This document shows positions 45,890-47,909 of a stretch of 47,909 nucleotides of DNA, in pieces. This DNA is from Callorhinchus milii (lineage: Eukaryota): NCBI RefSeq assembly GCF_018977255.1, contig NW_024705403.1, forward strand, positions 1-47,909. Direction: 5' to 3'. Every line of letters starts with the position of its first letter. Within the stretch, counting starts at the first letter, position 1. A program made the translations under genes and the position numbers. The notes under the pieces were generated by a model, which did not search any database, was not told the origin of the DNA, and was given only the letters and a program-made list of their open reading frames with translations.

Positions 45890-46205
45890 ATAGAATGATG
45901 GAGCAGGCTCGAGGGGCTGAATGGCCTCCTTGTGTTCCTATGTTCCTTTAAACCCGATGGATCAGTTCAACTCTCCCCTTTGGGCTTTTTTCACTGGAGC
46001 TGAGAAGGTAATAAGAGGACTTCAAGATGACAAAGGGTTAAAAGAGGGGATATAGTAATTGATTATTTCCCCCGATTGGGGAGTGAGTCTCCAGAGGCTC
46101 AAGCTTGAGATAATCACAAAGAGAATTAAAGGAGAAGCTAAAAAACCCGGAGGATCTTGGGAACGTGGAACTCTTGTCCCAAACTGCTGCTGGGAATTCT
46201 TTTAA
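45890..46205 (+). mobile_element. CR1 tail and C-terminal fragments
   Basis: gatggagcaggctcgaggggctgaatggcctcct...ttcctatgttcc; ttttcactggagctgagaagg. Confidence 0.65.
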
Positions 46206-46209
46206 AAGA

Positions 46210-46480
46210 TAAGCCCTACACGGTCTTGCTCCAACCGACCCCTGTAACCTATTAAAACTTCACCAACCTGTCTGCGCTGCTCCATGTCCCCCGTCCTGCC
46301 TGCTCCACCGTTAGCAGCCGGGCCTTCAGTCTCTCTGCCCCCACCCTCTGGAACTTCACCTCAGAGCCCCTCCGCCTCGTCCCCTCCCTTGTGTCCTTCA
46401 AGGCCCACCTCAAGACTTTGCTCTTCAACTGCGCCTTCGTTCATCTTCCCTCCTCAATCCTCTCTGCCCTCCATCCATCC
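46210..46480 (+). mobile_element. L2 3' fragment
   Basis: aagccctacacggtcttgctcc, gggccttcagtctctctgcccccaccctctggaac, ttcaaggcccacctcaagac. Confidence 0.8.
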
Positions 46481-46559
46481 TGATCCCACAGCTCAACAAC
46501 AACAACTTGCATTTAACTCCTGCACCTCTTGCAGGTAGCTTCCCAGAGGCTCAGTTGCA

Positions 46560-46800
46560 AACCCCTCATTTCCCAGAGCCTTGGGATGGAATTGTACGTG
46601 AAAGGCCAAAAAGAAACACAATTGTTGTTGTGGTCGTTGTTGTAAATGCTTGAAGAAAAGTAATAAAGGATGTATGAGGTAGGGGAAGAGAGGGGAGCGA
46701 ACAGGAGCGTGGGATTAGACTGGAGGGTTGATGTGACAATAAACACCAACATAGACTGATGGACCCAATGGCCAGTTTCTGCGCTATAACATTCTACAGT
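46560..46800 (+). mobile_element. CR1 3' end
   Basis: aaacaccaacatagactgatggacccaatggccagtttctgcgctataacattct. Confidence 0.65.
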
Positions 46801-46887
46801 TATATGAAGTTAAGCTGAGTCTCCTTGAGGCTGAATGGCCTCAAGACAGAGGAGCTTTGCAGGAAATCCAAGACATTGTTGATGGTA

Positions 46888-47027
46888 CAAAAGCAGAAGT
46901 TGCTGGGAACACTCAGCTGGTCAGGCAGTATCTACGGAGAAAAGAACATGAGTCAACGTTTTGGGTCCACAATCCTTTGGGACCTGTTTTTGTTTCAGAT
47001 TTCCAGCATCTACTATTTTGTGTTTTG
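46888..47027. mobile_element. Second, internally deleted copy of the palindromic element at 38701
   Basis: gcagaagttgctgggaacactcagctggtcaggcagtatctacggag...gagtcaacgttttgggtcc, then tcagatttccagcatct...ttttgtgttttg. Confidence 0.7.
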
Positions 47028-47029
47028 AC

Positions 47030-47382
47030 AATGTTGATGGTAACCAACTCTGACCGGTTTAAGAGTGAGTTATTTGGAGTTATAGACTTGTCCTTAACTC
47101 CATGACCCAAAGCCCCAGTGGGAAACGATGGTCCTAACTGGAAAAGCACTGTGGCAGTTTCCATTCTGAATGTGATAAGGTACTACAGTATACCTTTTTA
47201 TTTCAAAATGATACTGTGACCAATTATTTTTCTAATTTTCTCCTCATAAACTTTCTAGTAAACTACAGGGGTGTGTGGAAACGCCAGGAAAATGGGACTG
47301 AAAGGATTGCTCCTAAACGAACAAGCACAGACACAGTGGGCCAAATGGTTCCCTTGTGTGCTGTAAATTTATATAGTTCTAC
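47030..47382 (+). mobile_element. CR1 3' fragments
   Basis: tttaagagtgagttattt; tgggactgaaaggattgctcc...cacagacacagtgggccaaatggttccc. Confidence 0.55.
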
Positions 47383-47632
47383 GGTGCCTTGTTGCCACAT
47401 TCCTCTACTGTAGGTGCAATCCAGCTTCCTGTTGCTGGGATAGGATTGCACAGGCGCCAGATGCCCACCAATATTGCACACAGTTGGAGATTGCACGTCT
47501 CCATGTATGAGGCTTGGCAGTGACTCTTGGCAGGCTACACACCTTAGGCAAGTTTCCCTATTCCACACCCCTCTGTTTATCAGCAGTAAGTATCAACCCA
47601 GTTGTTCCTATCCATAGCTCTGTCCATTGGAC

Positions 47633-47882
47633 CAGGCTCTCCAACCAGTTGATCGCTGCTCGGTGGTGTCTCGCGCACACGCGATTAAAACAAGAAGCAG
47701 GAGGGATATTTACGCAGTTTAAACACTAAAGGTTACATTTTTATTTCACGGTAAGTGAAAGACTTGGTGCGTTTGGCTTTGGTTTCAATCTGACTCTATT
47801 GCGATGCGGTTCCGTCACTCCTGGTCTTTTTGATGGTGCAGAACATCGCCACCTGGTGGTGACTGACTGGTTGGACACTCTG
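47633..47882. mobile_element. Putative hAT (Charlie-like) MITE, ~250 bp
   Basis: Imperfect terminal inverted repeats CAGGCTCTCCAACCAGTTGATC and CAGAGTGTCCAACCAGTCAGTC (reverse complement of the right end); no 8-bp TSD visible. Confidence 0.5.
47845..47862 (-). promoter_or_regulatory. CTCF-binding core motif match
   Basis: Minus strand CCACCAGGTGGCGAT versus consensus CCASYAGRKGGCRS. Confidence 0.5.
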
Positions 47883-47909
47883 CGCTCCATTATCAGGGCC
47901 ACTGGAGCC

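Overview
Eukaryotic non-coding DNA that is mostly transposon debris. The repeat content suggests a cartilaginous fish, possibly a chimaera/elephant shark (inference from repeat types only). No host protein-coding exon, tRNA or rRNA could be recognised, and every ORF with recognisable content belongs to a decayed retroelement. The main contents are: (1) more than 30 copies or fragments of a tRNA-headed SINE with an L2-like tail, in an older long form and a younger short form; (2) many L2 and CR1 LINE fragments, including a ~4 kb minus-strand CR1 relic that keeps ORF1 zinc-finger/leucine-zipper and esterase remnants plus EN and RT remnants; (3) older Deu-type and LF-SINE-like relics; (4) four minisatellites, three of them seeded inside LINEs; (5) rarer elements: a ~380 bp non-autonomous Helitron, a 200 bp palindrome with two degenerate hammerhead-like cores, a hAT-like MITE with a CTCF motif, Tc1/mariner-like ends, a three-copy unclassified repeat with recurring hairpins, and a ~150 bp inverted repeat pair 1.5 kb apart. 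I found no convincing novel biological system; the structured repeats are the best leads. Family names come from recalled consensus features, not database searches, and coordinates of old repeats are approximate.
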